Below are positions 28,492 through 37,925 of a stretch of DNA of 64,000 nt, piece after piece. Under the pieces are notes generated by a model, which worked only from the letters and a program-made list of their open reading frames with translations, was not told the origin of the DNA and searched no databases. This DNA is from Candidatus Poriferisocius sp. Its GTDB lineage: Bacteria > Actinomycetota > Acidimicrobiia > Acidimicrobiales > Bin134. Numbering within the stretch: the first letter of the stretch is position 1; every line of letters begins with the position of its first letter. The DNA is taken from positions 1,555,177 through 1,619,176 of the forward strand of contig NZ_OZ242338.1 in assembly GCF_965208475.1 (NCBI RefSeq). Reading direction: 5' to 3'. A program made the position numbers and the translations under genes.

Positions 28492-29759
28492 CGTGGACGA
28501 CCTCTACGTTGGGGGATCTCGCCTGCCAAGCAGGAGGCGAGGTCCGTACCGGCCCGTTCGGCACGCAACTCCACAAGAGCGACTACATCGATGACCCTGC
28601 CGCCACACCGGTCGTAATGCCGAAGGACATGTCAGACGGCAAGATCGATTCGTCTGCGATCGCGCGAGTCGACGCTGAGGTGGTCGAGCGCCTGAGTTCA
28701 CACATGTTGCGCACGGGTGACATTGTGCTCGGCAGGCGAGGAGACATCGGTCGCCGAGCTTGGACCAGTGAAGCAGAGGAAGGCTGGCTTTGTGGCACAG
28801 GATCCATGCGGATTTCCGTCAATGGGTCTGTGAATATCCGCCCTAGGTATCTCTTCTATTTCCTCGGACTCGACCAAACCATCGGGTGGTTGAAGGGCCA
28901 CGCGGTAGGGGCGACGATGTCCAATCTGAGCGCCGGGGTCGTTCAACAGCTGCCGGTGCAGTATCCATCGCTTGCCTTGCAAGATGCCATCGTGGAAGTA
29001 CTGGACTCGCTCAACGACCTGATCGAGAACAATCGGCGGCGGATTGAGGTTTTGGAGGAGATGGCTCGGTTGTTGTATCGGGAGTGGTTTGTGTACTTCC
29101 GGTTTCCGGGGCATGAGGATGTCGGGCTGGTCGACTCCGACCTCGGCCCGATCCCCGAAGGGTGGGAGGTTGGCGAGTTCGCAGACCTCGTCGCCGAAGT
29201 CTCGGAAACAGCTGCTCCAGAAGAAATCGCAGTGAGAACCCCAGTCGTGGGCCTTGAGCATTTCCCGAGGCGATCTACAACACTGCAAGATTGGGAGAGC
29301 GCCTATGACGTAGGAAGCCGTCGAAAATTCTTCGACGAAGGCGACATCTTGTTTGGAAAGATCCGCCCGTACTTTCACAAGGTGGTTGATGCACCTACCT
29401 CTGGTTGCTGTTCGACCGATGCAATCATTTTCAGGCCCATCGAGGAGATCTTCCAAAGCCGGGCGTTGGCAATTGCTTCAAGCGATGAATTTGTTGGAGT
29501 CGCAACTGCAACCTCAAACGGGACGAGGATGCCGAGAGCGAACACCAAGATTCTGATGGGCTACAGAATACCTCACCCGACCCACGGAGTTGAGCAGGCC
29601 TTCAGCGAGGCAGTGAGACCGATGAACTACCTGAGAAAGAACCTTGCGACGCAAAACCGGGTATTGCGCGAGGCTCGCGATCTGCTTTTGCCACGTCTGG
29701 TGTCTGGCGAGCTCGATGTGTCGGAGCTTGATTTGGGGTTGGAGGCTGTGGGGGCGTGA
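28488..29759 (+). CDS. hsdS: Type I RM specificity subunit
   Basis: Two TRDs separated by conserved LIENNRRRIEVLEEMARLLYREWF..FRFPG; C-terminal RDLLLPRLVSGE. Confidence 0.94.
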   Translation: MTWTTSTLGDLACQAGGEVRTGPFGTQLHKSDYIDDPAATPVVMPKDMSDGKIDSSAIARVDAEVVERLSSHMLRTGDIVLGRRGDIGRRAWTSEAEEGWLCGTGSMRISVNGSVNIRPRYLFYFLGLDQTIGWLKGHAVGATMSNLSAGVVQQLPVQYPSLALQDAIVEVLDSLNDLIENNRRRIEVLEEMARLLYREWFVYFRFPGHEDVGLVDSDLGPIPEGWEVGEFADLVAEVSETAAPEEIAVRTPVVGLEHFPRRSTTLQDWESAYDVGSRRKFFDEGDILFGKIRPYFHKVVDAPTSGCCSTDAIIFRPIEEIFQSRALAIASSDEFVGVATATSNGTRMPRANTKILMGYRIPHPTHGVEQAFSEAVRPMNYLRKNLATQNRVLREARDLLLPRLVSGELDVSELDLGLEAVGA

Positions 29760-32700
29760 GTCCGGGGCGGTTGAGTGAGGATTTGCTGGTGGAGCGGCCG
29801 GCGTTGCGGTTGTTGGCGGATTTGGGGTGGGAGGTGGTGGACGGGTTCGACGAGGATTTGGGGCCGGCGGGGACGCTGGGGCGGGATTCCCAGTCGGAGC
29901 CGGTGCTCAGCCATCGGCTCAAGGATGTGCTGCGCTCCTTGAATCTTGGGCTGCCGCAGTCGGCGTTGGATGAGGCCGTCGAGCAACTGGTACGGGATCG
30001 GTCGGCGATGGATCGGGTTCGGGCGAACCGGGAGGTCTATTCCCTCTTGCGGGATGGAGCAAGGGTCGAGATGACCGGCAGCGATGGCGAGCGGCAGATG
30101 GTGGTGGTCCGGTTCATTGACTGGGATCGCGCTGGGGCCAACGACTGGTTGGCGGTGTCGCAGTTTTGGATTGCGGGTGACATGTATCGGCGGCGGGCTG
30201 ATGTGGTGTTGTTCGTGAACGGCATCCCGCTGGTGCTGGTGGAGTTAAAGGTGTCGCACAAGAGCGTCCGCGACGCGTTCGACGGAAATCTGCGGGACTA
30301 CCGGGACACGGTTCCGCATTTGTTCTGGTTCAACGGGTTCGTGATGCTCTCCAATGGCGGCGACACGCTGGTCGGTTCCACGTTTGCGGATTGGGGGCAT
30401 TTCGCCGAGTGGAAGAAGATCGACTCGGAGGGCGAGCAGGGTGTGGTTTCGCTGGAGACCGCTCTGCGGGGGACGTGTCAGCCGCAGCGTCTGTTGGATC
30501 TGGTGGAAAACTTCGTCGCGTTCATGGAGCGGCCGGGCGGTCTGGTGAAGGCATTGGCCAAGAACCACCAGTTTCTAGGAGTGAACAACTCGCTGGAGGC
30601 GTTGCGGGAGGTGGGCCGGCGAGAGGGGCGGCTCGGGGTGTTCTGGCACACGCAGGGGTCGGGCAAGTCGTTGTCGATGCTGTGGTTCACCCAGAAGGTT
30701 CTGCGCCAAGAGCCGGGCAACTGGACGTTCGTGATGGTCACCGACCGCTCAGAGCTCGACGATCAGCTTTATGGGGATTTCGCCGACTGCGGGGTGATCA
30801 CCTCGGGCCAGCAGGTCCACGCCGAGACGTCGGCTCATCTGCGGGAGCTGCTAGGCCAGGATCATCGGTATGTGTTCACGCTGATCCACAAGTTCATCCC
30901 TCCCAAGAGGGGCCAGCAGATGCCGGTGCTGTCGGAACGCGACGACATCGTGGTGATCACCGACGAGGCCCACCGCTCCCAGTACGACACGCTGGCCGCC
31001 AACATGCGCCAGGCGGTGCCCAACGCGTCGTTCATCGGGTTCACCGGCACCCCGCTTATCGTCAGCGAAGAAGAGACCCGACGGGTGTTCGGCGACTACG
31101 TGTCGATCTACAACTTCCGGGACTCAATCGCCGACGGCGCCACTGTTCCGCTGTTCTATGAGAACCGCATCCCCGAGCTCCAGCTGGTGAACGACGACTT
31201 CGACGACGAGCTCGAGCAGCTCCTGGAGGCCGCCGCGCTGGACGATGCCCAGGAGAAGGCGGTGGCCCGCCAGTTCTCCCGGCAGTACCAGCTGGTCACC
31301 CGGCCCCGGCGCCTCGAGGAGATCGCCGCCGATCTGGTCCGCCACTTCGTCAACCGGGGGTACAGGGGCAAGGCCATGTACGTGGCCATCGACAAGGCCA
31401 CCGCGGTGCGGATGCACGGCCTGGTCGAGGCCGAATGGGCCGGCTACCGGGCCGAACTGGAGGCCGAGCTGGCCGACGCGCCCGAGCTGGGGCGCGTCCA
31501 TCTGGAGTCGCTGATCGAGTTCATGGCCACCACCGACATGGCCGTCGTCGTGTCGCAAGCGCAAAACGAGGTGGCCGATATGGCCGAGGCCGGACTCGAC
31601 ATCGCCAAACACCGCAGGCGCATGGTCGAAGAAAACCTCGACGCCAAGTTCAAGGACCCCGACGACCCGTTCCGGCTGGTGTTCGTGTGCGCCATGTGGC
31701 TCACCGGCTTCGACTCGCCATCCACCTCCACGGTGTACCTCGACAAGCCGATGCGCAACCACGCCCTGATGCAGACCATTGCCCGGGCCAACCGGGTGTT
31801 CCCTGACAAAGACAACGGCCTCATCGTCGACTACATCGGCGTGTTCCGAAACCTGGAGAATGCCCTAGCCATCTACGGCGCCGGGCCGGGGATCGACTCC
31901 CCCATCCGGCCCAAAGACGAGCTGGCCGCCGAACTTGCTGCCGCGCTGGCCGAAGTCATCGATTTCTGCAACGACAACGACATCGACATCGCCGCCATGG
32001 AAGCCACCTCGGGTTTCGAGTTCATCGCACTCCAAAAGGCCGCCGTCGAAGCCCTGCTCGTCGACGAGCAAACCCGCCGCCGCTACGTAACGCTGGCCCG
32101 CCAAGTCCGGAAGACCTTCAAAGCCCTTTTGCCCGACCCCGAGGCCATGGCAGTCGCTCACCGGGTGGCGGTGATCCGCACGATCGCCTCCAAGATCGAA
32201 TCGTCCACCGAGGCCCCCGACATATCCGGCGTCATGGACTCGGTGTCGGAACTGCTCGACCGCTCCGTCGCCGCCAACGAGTACATCATCGCCACCGCCG
32301 GCGCCGACCCGCTCATCGACCTGAACCAACTCGACTTAGAACAGCTCATCGGGCGCTTCGAGGGCCGCAAGCGCACCGCCGCCAAAGCCATCGAAAAGAA
32401 CATCGAAGAACGCCTCGATGACGCGGTGCGCAAGAACCCCACCCGCCACGACCTCGCCGAGCGGTTCCGACGCCTCATCGACGAATACAACGCCGGAACC
32501 CACAACCTCGAAGAATTCCTGCGGCGGCTCAAGGCCATCAACGACGAACTCTCCGACGAGGAACAACGCGCCGTACGAGAAGGCATAACCGAAGAAGAAC
32601 TCGCCATCTTCGACCTGCTCACCAAACCCGAACCCGACCTCACCCGCGCCCAAGCCATCGAAGTCAAAGGCGCCGCCAAGAAACTGCTCGACCACATCGC

Positions 32701-32890
32701 CGACAAGCTCGTCCTCGACTGGAAGCGCAAACAACAAACCCGCTCAGCCGTCAAGACCACGGTGAAGGACATCCTCGACGCCGAGCTGCCCGACGTCTAC
32801 GAACGCGAGCTCTTCGACCGCAAAGTCGATGCCGTTTTCGACCACATCTACACCAGCTATCACAACAACGGGGAGTCGGTGTACGGCTGA
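29756..32890 (+). CDS. hsdR: Type I RM restriction subunit
   Basis: ADVVLFVNGIPLVLVELK nuclease motif, HTQGSGKS, DEAH, FTGTP, QTIARANR. Confidence 0.96.
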   Translation: MSPGRLSEDLLVERPALRLLADLGWEVVDGFDEDLGPAGTLGRDSQSEPVLSHRLKDVLRSLNLGLPQSALDEAVEQLVRDRSAMDRVRANREVYSLLRDGARVEMTGSDGERQMVVVRFIDWDRAGANDWLAVSQFWIAGDMYRRRADVVLFVNGIPLVLVELKVSHKSVRDAFDGNLRDYRDTVPHLFWFNGFVMLSNGGDTLVGSTFADWGHFAEWKKIDSEGEQGVVSLETALRGTCQPQRLLDLVENFVAFMERPGGLVKALAKNHQFLGVNNSLEALREVGRREGRLGVFWHTQGSGKSLSMLWFTQKVLRQEPGNWTFVMVTDRSELDDQLYGDFADCGVITSGQQVHAETSAHLRELLGQDHRYVFTLIHKFIPPKRGQQMPVLSERDDIVVITDEAHRSQYDTLAANMRQAVPNASFIGFTGTPLIVSEEETRRVFGDYVSIYNFRDSIADGATVPLFYENRIPELQLVNDDFDDELEQLLEAAALDDAQEKAVARQFSRQYQLVTRPRRLEEIAADLVRHFVNRGYRGKAMYVAIDKATAVRMHGLVEAEWAGYRAELEAELADAPELGRVHLESLIEFMATTDMAVVVSQAQNEVADMAEAGLDIAKHRRRMVEENLDAKFKDPDDPFRLVFVCAMWLTGFDSPSTSTVYLDKPMRNHALMQTIARANRVFPDKDNGLIVDYIGVFRNLENALAIYGAGPGIDSPIRPKDELAAELAAALAEVIDFCNDNDIDIAAMEATSGFEFIALQKAAVEALLVDEQTRRRYVTLARQVRKTFKALLPDPEAMAVAHRVAVIRTIASKIESSTEAPDISGVMDSVSELLDRSVAANEYIIATAGADPLIDLNQLDLEQLIGRFEGRKRTAAKAIEKNIEERLDDAVRKNPTRHDLAERFRRLIDEYNAGTHNLEEFLRRLKAINDELSDEEQRAVREGITEEELAIFDLLTKPEPDLTRAQAIEVKGAAKKLLDHIADKLVLDWKRKQQTRSAVKTTVKDILDAELPDVYERELFDRKVDAVFDHIYTSYHNNGESVYG

Positions 32891-32967
32891 TCGCGATCGG
32901 GCCACGGTCGCCAAGCGGCTGAGCGCTTGGGACCACAACAACGGGGAGTGGGTGTATAGCTGATCGC
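32861..32967 (+). repeat. 34-bp direct repeat of the hsdR 3' end
   Basis: CACAACAACGGGGAGTCGGTGTACGGCTGATCGC (32861-32894) vs CACAACAACGGGGAGTGGGTGTATAGCTGATCGC (32934-32967), 3 mismatches. Confidence 0.85.
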
Positions 32968-33016
32968 CCCCGCAACATGGGTGGGTGCCCGATGCCGCGC
33001 GGTTAGCATCATCGCT

Positions 33017-34327
33017 GTGGCAGCCACGCTGACGAGCTTGCGCCTCCCTGCGTTCAAGAACATGAGACGGACGTCTATTCCGCTTGGGCCCCTCACCCTG
33101 CTCGTAGGGCGCAACGGCAGTGGCAAGTCGAACATCCTTGATGCCCTTGCCGTAATGTCCTCGCTGGCCAGCGGTGCCACGCTGCGAGATGCACTAGACG
33201 GTGGTCGTTCAGGACCCCTGGTGCGCGGCGGATCCGAGGGGTGCGCTCCAATGGGCAATGACTCGTTTGAAGTCGGTTGTTCAGTTGTCATCAACAGAGT
33301 CCCGTATCACTTGGACCTAAAAATCTCGGTACGTCCGTCAGTGCAGATCCTCACCGAGAGGCTATGGACCAAACGCCGCGGCGGTCCTCGCCGCGGTGAG
33401 CCCCAGGATTTGTTGAAGACAGACCCGCCCCAACCAGACTCGGGCGACATCGTGGCACGATGGGACAACAGCAAACAGGGACCGAATCCTCAAATTACCT
33501 TTCGAGCCTCGCAGCTTCTGACCGCACAGGTGGCGACTCGAGTGCCTGTCACTTCACAGGCAGGCCGCCATGTGCGGGACATAGCTGAACAGGTGCTCGA
33601 GGCGCTTTCAAGCGTGTTTATTCTCGATCCGGTTCCACACCAGATGCGTGAATACCACCCCGAGAAGGACGTACGGCTCCGCAGGAATGCAGAAAACCTC
33701 TCGCCAGTGTTAGCAAATCTCCTCAATGATGGTGCGACCCGTTCGGTTCTGCTCGACATGATCCGCTCGCTGTCGGAGGCACAGGTCTCAGAGATGAACG
33801 CGGTGGCTAGCGAACTCGGCGACGTGATGATCACGATCCAGGAGCAGATCGGGCCAACTGACCAACAGACGCCGGCCCGCTTGTTGAGCGACGGCACCCT
33901 GCGATTCCTGGCCATCGCGGCAGCACTCCTCGACCTCTCGCGCCAAAGCAGCGGATCTGAAGAATCAATCATTGGCGGACGAATGCTTGTCGTGGAGGAG
34001 ATCGAGAGCGGTCTGCACCCATCGCAAGCCGCGGTGCTCCTCAACCAACTCAAGGAGTCGGCGAAAAGCGGAGTCCGAACACTAGCTACCACCCATAGCC
34101 CGGCAATCCTCGATGCGCTCGACGGCGCAGACCACTCAAGCGTGGTCGTGTGCAGCCGCCGCCCCGACGGATGGAGCACAGCGACAAGGCTCACCGACTT
34201 TCCCGACTACTTCGAGGTTGTAGGCCGCTCGCCACTCGGCATCGCTGCTGTGCGAGACCAACTTCGTCCTAGTAACGAAAGTGAGCAAAGCAGTCGTTCG
34301 CTAGTGGACGTGTTGGGGCTCCGCTAG
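33017..34327 (+). CDS. ABC-type ATPase (AAA_21/AAA_15-like, non-transporter)
   Basis: GRNGSGKSN, signature LSDGTLRFL, VVEEIESGLHP, TTHSP; start placed at GTG 33017, 7 nt after TAGCAT. Confidence 0.88.
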   Translation: MAATLTSLRLPAFKNMRRTSIPLGPLTLLVGRNGSGKSNILDALAVMSSLASGATLRDALDGGRSGPLVRGGSEGCAPMGNDSFEVGCSVVINRVPYHLDLKISVRPSVQILTERLWTKRRGGPRRGEPQDLLKTDPPQPDSGDIVARWDNSKQGPNPQITFRASQLLTAQVATRVPVTSQAGRHVRDIAEQVLEALSSVFILDPVPHQMREYHPEKDVRLRRNAENLSPVLANLLNDGATRSVLLDMIRSLSEAQVSEMNAVASELGDVMITIQEQIGPTDQQTPARLLSDGTLRFLAIAAALLDLSRQSSGSEESIIGGRMLVVEEIESGLHPSQAAVLLNQLKESAKSGVRTLATTHSPAILDALDGADHSSVVVCSRRPDGWSTATRLTDFPDYFEVVGRSPLGIAAVRDQLRPSNESEQSSRSLVDVLGLR

Positions 34328-34330
34328 GAC

Positions 34331-34798
34331 ATGGCCGTACCGCATGTCGTCTTTGTCGACACGTCCGTCATCCTCCGCCTTATTGGCATGGACGGTATCG
34401 ACCAGGCCACAAACGCCGCCGTCGAGTTCGACGAGAGACGAGACCAAGGTCAGCGGCTGATACTCACAGCGACTGCACTCATCGAAGCGGGCAACCACAT
34501 AGCCCAACGGTCCTCCGGTCGGCGGGCCCTTGCAGAGCAGTTGAGAAAGCTCATTGAGGCCGCGAACACGCCAGACCCTCCGTGGATCCTCCGTGAAACC
34601 GCAATGGACGAGGACTTTGTCAATGACCTGTTGAACGGCGATTCGACAGGATCGGATCTCGTGACTCTTCTCGGAGACGGACGACTAGGCACCGGGGATG
34701 TGGCGATACTGGTCGAGCGGGATCAGTTCAAGACGAAGACGGCCCACGCCAGGGTCGAGGTGTGGACGCTCGATGACGAGTTGTCGGCGCACAGCTAG
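34331..34798 (+). CDS. PIN-domain protein
   Basis: VFVDTSV, LIEAGNH, GTGDVAIL, WTLDDEL give the four acidic PIN positions; 3 nt after ATPase stop. Confidence 0.75.
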   Translation: MAVPHVVFVDTSVILRLIGMDGIDQATNAAVEFDERRDQGQRLILTATALIEAGNHIAQRSSGRRALAEQLRKLIEAANTPDPPWILRETAMDEDFVNDLLNGDSTGSDLVTLLGDGRLGTGDVAILVERDQFKTKTAHARVEVWTLDDELSAHS

Positions 34799-34895
34799 TC
34801 GCGCAACCCGTTCAAGCCGCAGCCCCGATCCACCTGTTCACAGCAACTGGGACTCAACACGAATACTTGGTGTACCGCCCCCGTAACATGGGCGG

Positions 34896-35183
34896 ATGGT
34901 CGATCCGGCTTCTCCTGGGGAACGCTCGGCTGCGCCTCCGAGAGGGGCTCGCTGGTTGGCGTTTGCGGCGATATTGCTCGGGGGGCTGTGCGGCGGGCTG
35001 ATCGGGTTCGCCTATATCGACCTCCAGTGCGACGGCGACTGCGGACTGTGGACTGGGCTCGGCGCTCTGATCGGTGCGGTGGCCGGGGCAGTGGGCTTGG
35101 CCGTGGTGGCGATCCTCACCCTGCGGGCCATGGACGAGTGGCGCCGGTTCGGAGGTCGCCGCCAAGACCGCGATCGCCGCTAA
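34896..35183 (+). CDS. Small two-TM membrane protein
   Basis: Two hydrophobic helices around a CDGDC loop, LRAMDEW tail; TAACAT 6 nt before ATG. Confidence 0.7.
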   Translation: MVDPASPGERSAAPPRGARWLAFAAILLGGLCGGLIGFAYIDLQCDGDCGLWTGLGALIGAVAGAVGLAVVAILTLRAMDEWRRFGGRRQDRDRR

Positions 35184-35189
35184 CCGGCG

Positions 35190-35304
35190 CAAAGTCTCCG
35201 CAGGAACCGGCACCGCGTGCTGCATGGCCCCCCGCACCAGACACGTCGGCAAAGTCCCCGCAGGGACCGGTGCCGCATCGCCTTTGCGGAATCCCCTTTG
35301 CGGA
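35190..35304 (+). repeat. Intergenic imperfect duplications
   Basis: 27-bp CAAAGTCYCCGCAGGRACCGGYRCCGC at 35190 and 35250; CCTTTGCGGA at 35281 and 35295. Confidence 0.7.
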
Positions 35305-35312
35305 CGGCGCTT

Positions 35313-36350
35313 CTAATCAGGAGCAGAAGACAGCGTGGCGACGGCCCGGTCGATGTCGGCGTCGTCCACATCCAAGTGGGTGACGAAGCGGACGATGCCG
35401 GGCGCCAGCAGCCCGGCCCGGATACCGGCCTGCCGGAGGTGGTCCAACAATCCCAGGGAATCGGGATGGCGAAAGGCCACCACATTGGTGAGCGGGCGCC
35501 CGCAGGCCGCTTCCGACTCGCCCAACCGGGCGCCGGGCCACCGCTCAGCCACCACCTGGCCCAAACGGTCGGCCCGGGCATGGTCATCGGCCAGACGGTC
35601 GATGTGATGGTCCAGCGCGTAAAGGCCGCCAGCGGCTATCACCCCGGCCTGGCGCATGGCCCCGCCCAGCCTCCGCCGGTGCAGTCGGGCCTCGTCCACC
35701 AGATCGGCCGGCCCGGCCAAAAGCGACCCCACCGGCGCGCCCAGCCCCTTTGACACACACGACATGACCGTGGCTGTCGAGCTGGCCAACTCCGAGGCGG
35801 TGGTTCCCCGGGCGATGGCGGCGTTGAACAACCGGGCGCCGTCCAGATGCACCGGCGGCCCCAGCGCGGCAGCAGCCACCAGCTCCTCGGTCCCGAGGGC
35901 CAGGCCGCCCGAGGCCAGATGGGTGTTCTCCACGCAGATCAGCGACACCGGTGGCCAAAAGCCACCGCGGCCCGCGGCCACCGCCTCGGTCGCCGCCGCG
36001 TCATCGATCACACCGCCGGCATCGTCCACTGCGTAGATCTGGAAGGCGTTGTTCAATCCAGCAGCCCCGCTCTCATAGGACATCAGATGCTGCCGCCTGC
36101 CCACCACCACGTTGCTTCCCGGTGTTCCGTGCAGCCGCAGGGCAATCTGGTTGCCCATCGTGCCCGACGGCACATACACCGCAGCAGGCTTGCCCACCAG
36201 CGCCGCAAACCGCTCCTCCAGCCGATTGACCGAGGGATCCTCCCCGTAGCGGTCGTCGCCCACCAGCGCTGAGGCCATGGCCTGCCTCATAGGCTCGGTC
36301 GGCTGGGTCAGCGTGTCCGAGCGCAGGTCCACCACTCCACGAGATGACAT
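35313..36350 (-). CDS. ltaE: Low-specificity L-threonine aldolase
   Basis: [54 protein letters not shown]. Confidence 0.93.
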   Translation of the reverse strand: MSSRGVVDLRSDTLTQPTEPMRQAMASALVGDDRYGEDPSVNRLEERFAALVGKPAAVYVPSGTMGNQIALRLHGTPGSNVVVGRRQHLMSYESGAAGLNNAFQIYAVDDAGGVIDDAAATEAVAAGRGGFWPPVSLICVENTHLASGGLALGTEELVAAAALGPPVHLDGARLFNAAIARGTTASELASSTATVMSCVSKGLGAPVGSLLAGPADLVDEARLHRRRLGGAMRQAGVIAAGGLYALDHHIDRLADDHARADRLGQVVAERWPGARLGESEAACGRPLTNVVAFRHPDSLGLLDHLRQAGIRAGLLAPGIVRFVTHLDVDDADIDRAVATLSSAPD

Positions 36351-36374
36351 GGCAATGAGCGTAGAGTTTCAACC

Positions 36375-37199
36375 GTGCCAGAACCTGAACCCTTGTCCAC
36401 GGCGGCGAATCCAGAGTGGGAGCGCTTGGAGAAGCTGGCCGCTGAGGCCGCAGGAGTGGCGGCATCTCTGCTGCGGGCCGAGATCGGCGCCCAACGCCAG
36501 ATCACGGCCAAATCGTCGCGCACCGACTTGGTGACCGACCTGGACTTGGCCTGCGAGGCCGCCATCGTCGACTTCCTGACGGCCCATCGGCCCGATGACG
36601 CCATGCTGGGCGAAGAGGGCGCCGGTCGAGACGGCACCAGCGGCGTTCGCTGGATCATCGACCCCATAGACGGCACGGTGAACTTCGTCTACGGCCATCC
36701 CGGCTTCGGGGTGTCGGTGGCTGCCGAGGCGGACGGCCAAGTTGTGGCGGGCGCAGTGATCGACCCCGTGCTGAACGAGACCTTCACCGCCCACCGGGGA
36801 GGCGGGGCCCGGCTCAACGGACGCCCAACCGCCGTTCGGCCCAACGGCGACCCCGCCCTGGCCCTGGTGGCCACCGGGTTCTCCTATGCCCACGAGCGGC
36901 GGCGGCGCCAAGCCGAGGTGTTGGGAGAGCTGTTGCCGCTCATCGGCGACATCCGGCGAGTGGGCGGCGCCGCGGTCGACCTCTGCACGGTGGCCTGCGG
37001 CCGAGTGGACGCCTTTTTCGAGGTGGGGCTCAACCCGTGGGACTACGCCGCCGGAGCGCTCATCGCCGGCGAGGCCGGTGCGGTCGTTCAAGATCTGCAC
37101 GGCAACCCCCCCAGCCCCGACTTCGTGTTCGCCGCTGCCCCCGCGGTGGCCGACGCCCTTCTCGACCTGCTGCAAGACGCCGAGGCCGACCAGCTATAA
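36375..37199 (+). CDS. suhB: Inositol monophosphatase family protein
   Basis: DLVT, LGEE, WIIDPIDGTVNF, PWDYAAG. Confidence 0.88.
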   Translation: MPEPEPLSTAANPEWERLEKLAAEAAGVAASLLRAEIGAQRQITAKSSRTDLVTDLDLACEAAIVDFLTAHRPDDAMLGEEGAGRDGTSGVRWIIDPIDGTVNFVYGHPGFGVSVAAEADGQVVAGAVIDPVLNETFTAHRGGGARLNGRPTAVRPNGDPALALVATGFSYAHERRRRQAEVLGELLPLIGDIRRVGGAAVDLCTVACGRVDAFFEVGLNPWDYAAGALIAGEAGAVVQDLHGNPPSPDFVFAAAPAVADALLDLLQDAEADQL

Positions 37200-37244
37200 G
37201 CCCCCTGCTACCCATGACGGCCGAAAATCGGGCACCATTCAAGG

Positions 37245-37925
37245 GTGGAAACCTGCATCTTGGCCATTGAGGACGACGAGAGGATTCGTACCGCGGTCCG
37301 CCTGGCTCTCGAGGACGAGGGCTGGGAGGTCCAGGAGGCAGCCAACGGCCAGGAGGCGCTGGCCGCGTTCTCCGAGACGCCCGCCGATGTGGTGCTCATC
37401 GACATCATGCTTCCCGACATCGACGGATTCGAGGTGTGCCGCACGTTGCGCCGGACCAGCGACGTGCCCATCATCATGGTCACCGCCCGAGCCGACACCC
37501 ATGACGTGGTGGCCGGCCTGGAGGCAGGGGCCGACGACTATCTGACCAAGCCCTTCGCCCCCAAGGAGCTCTCCGCCCGCATCCGCGCCCTGCTGCGCCG
37601 AGTGCGAATCACCGACACCGCGATGACCGACCTCCGCTTCGGGCAGCTGGAGATAATGCCCGAGCAGGGGATGGTGACCGTCAGCGGCGAAGAGGCCCCC
37701 CTCACCAAGACGGAGTTCCGACTCCTGGTGGAGCTGGCCACCAATTCGGGCAAGGTGCTCAGCCGAGAAGTGCTCCTCGAGCGGGTGTGGGATCTCGGAT
37801 ACTTCGGCGACGGCCGTCTAGTGGACGTCCACATCCGGCGACTGCGCACCAAGATCGAAACCGACCCGGCCAACCCCCGGTATGTGGTCACGGTCCGCGG
37901 CCTGGGGTACAAGCTCCAGGGGTGA
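37245..37925 (+). CDS. OmpR-family response regulator (MtrA-like)
   Basis: IEDD, DIMLP, GADDYLTKPF, VDVHIRRLRTK, TVRGLGY. Confidence 0.94.
   Translation: METCILAIEDDERIRTAVRLALEDEGWEVQEAANGQEALAAFSETPADVVLIDIMLPDIDGFEVCRTLRRTSDVPIIMVTARADTHDVVAGLEAGADDYLTKPFAPKELSARIRALLRRVRITDTAMTDLRFGQLEIMPEQGMVTVSGEEAPLTKTEFRLLVELATNSGKVLSREVLLERVWDLGYFGDGRLVDVHIRRLRTKIETDPANPRYVVTVRGLGYKLQG

Larger units (their letters stand above)
32965..34898 (+). repeat. 23-bp imperfect direct repeats flanking the ATPase-PIN pair
   Basis: CGCCCCCGCAACATGGGTGGGTG (32965-32987) vs CGCCCCCGTAACATGGGCGGATG (34876-34898), 3 transitions. Confidence 0.75.

Noticed and set aside
19014-32904. 10-bp inverted match TGGCCCGATC (19014-19023) / GATCGGGCCA (32895-32904) as transposon ends
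   Set aside because: Too short in GC-rich DNA, no transposase and no target duplication.
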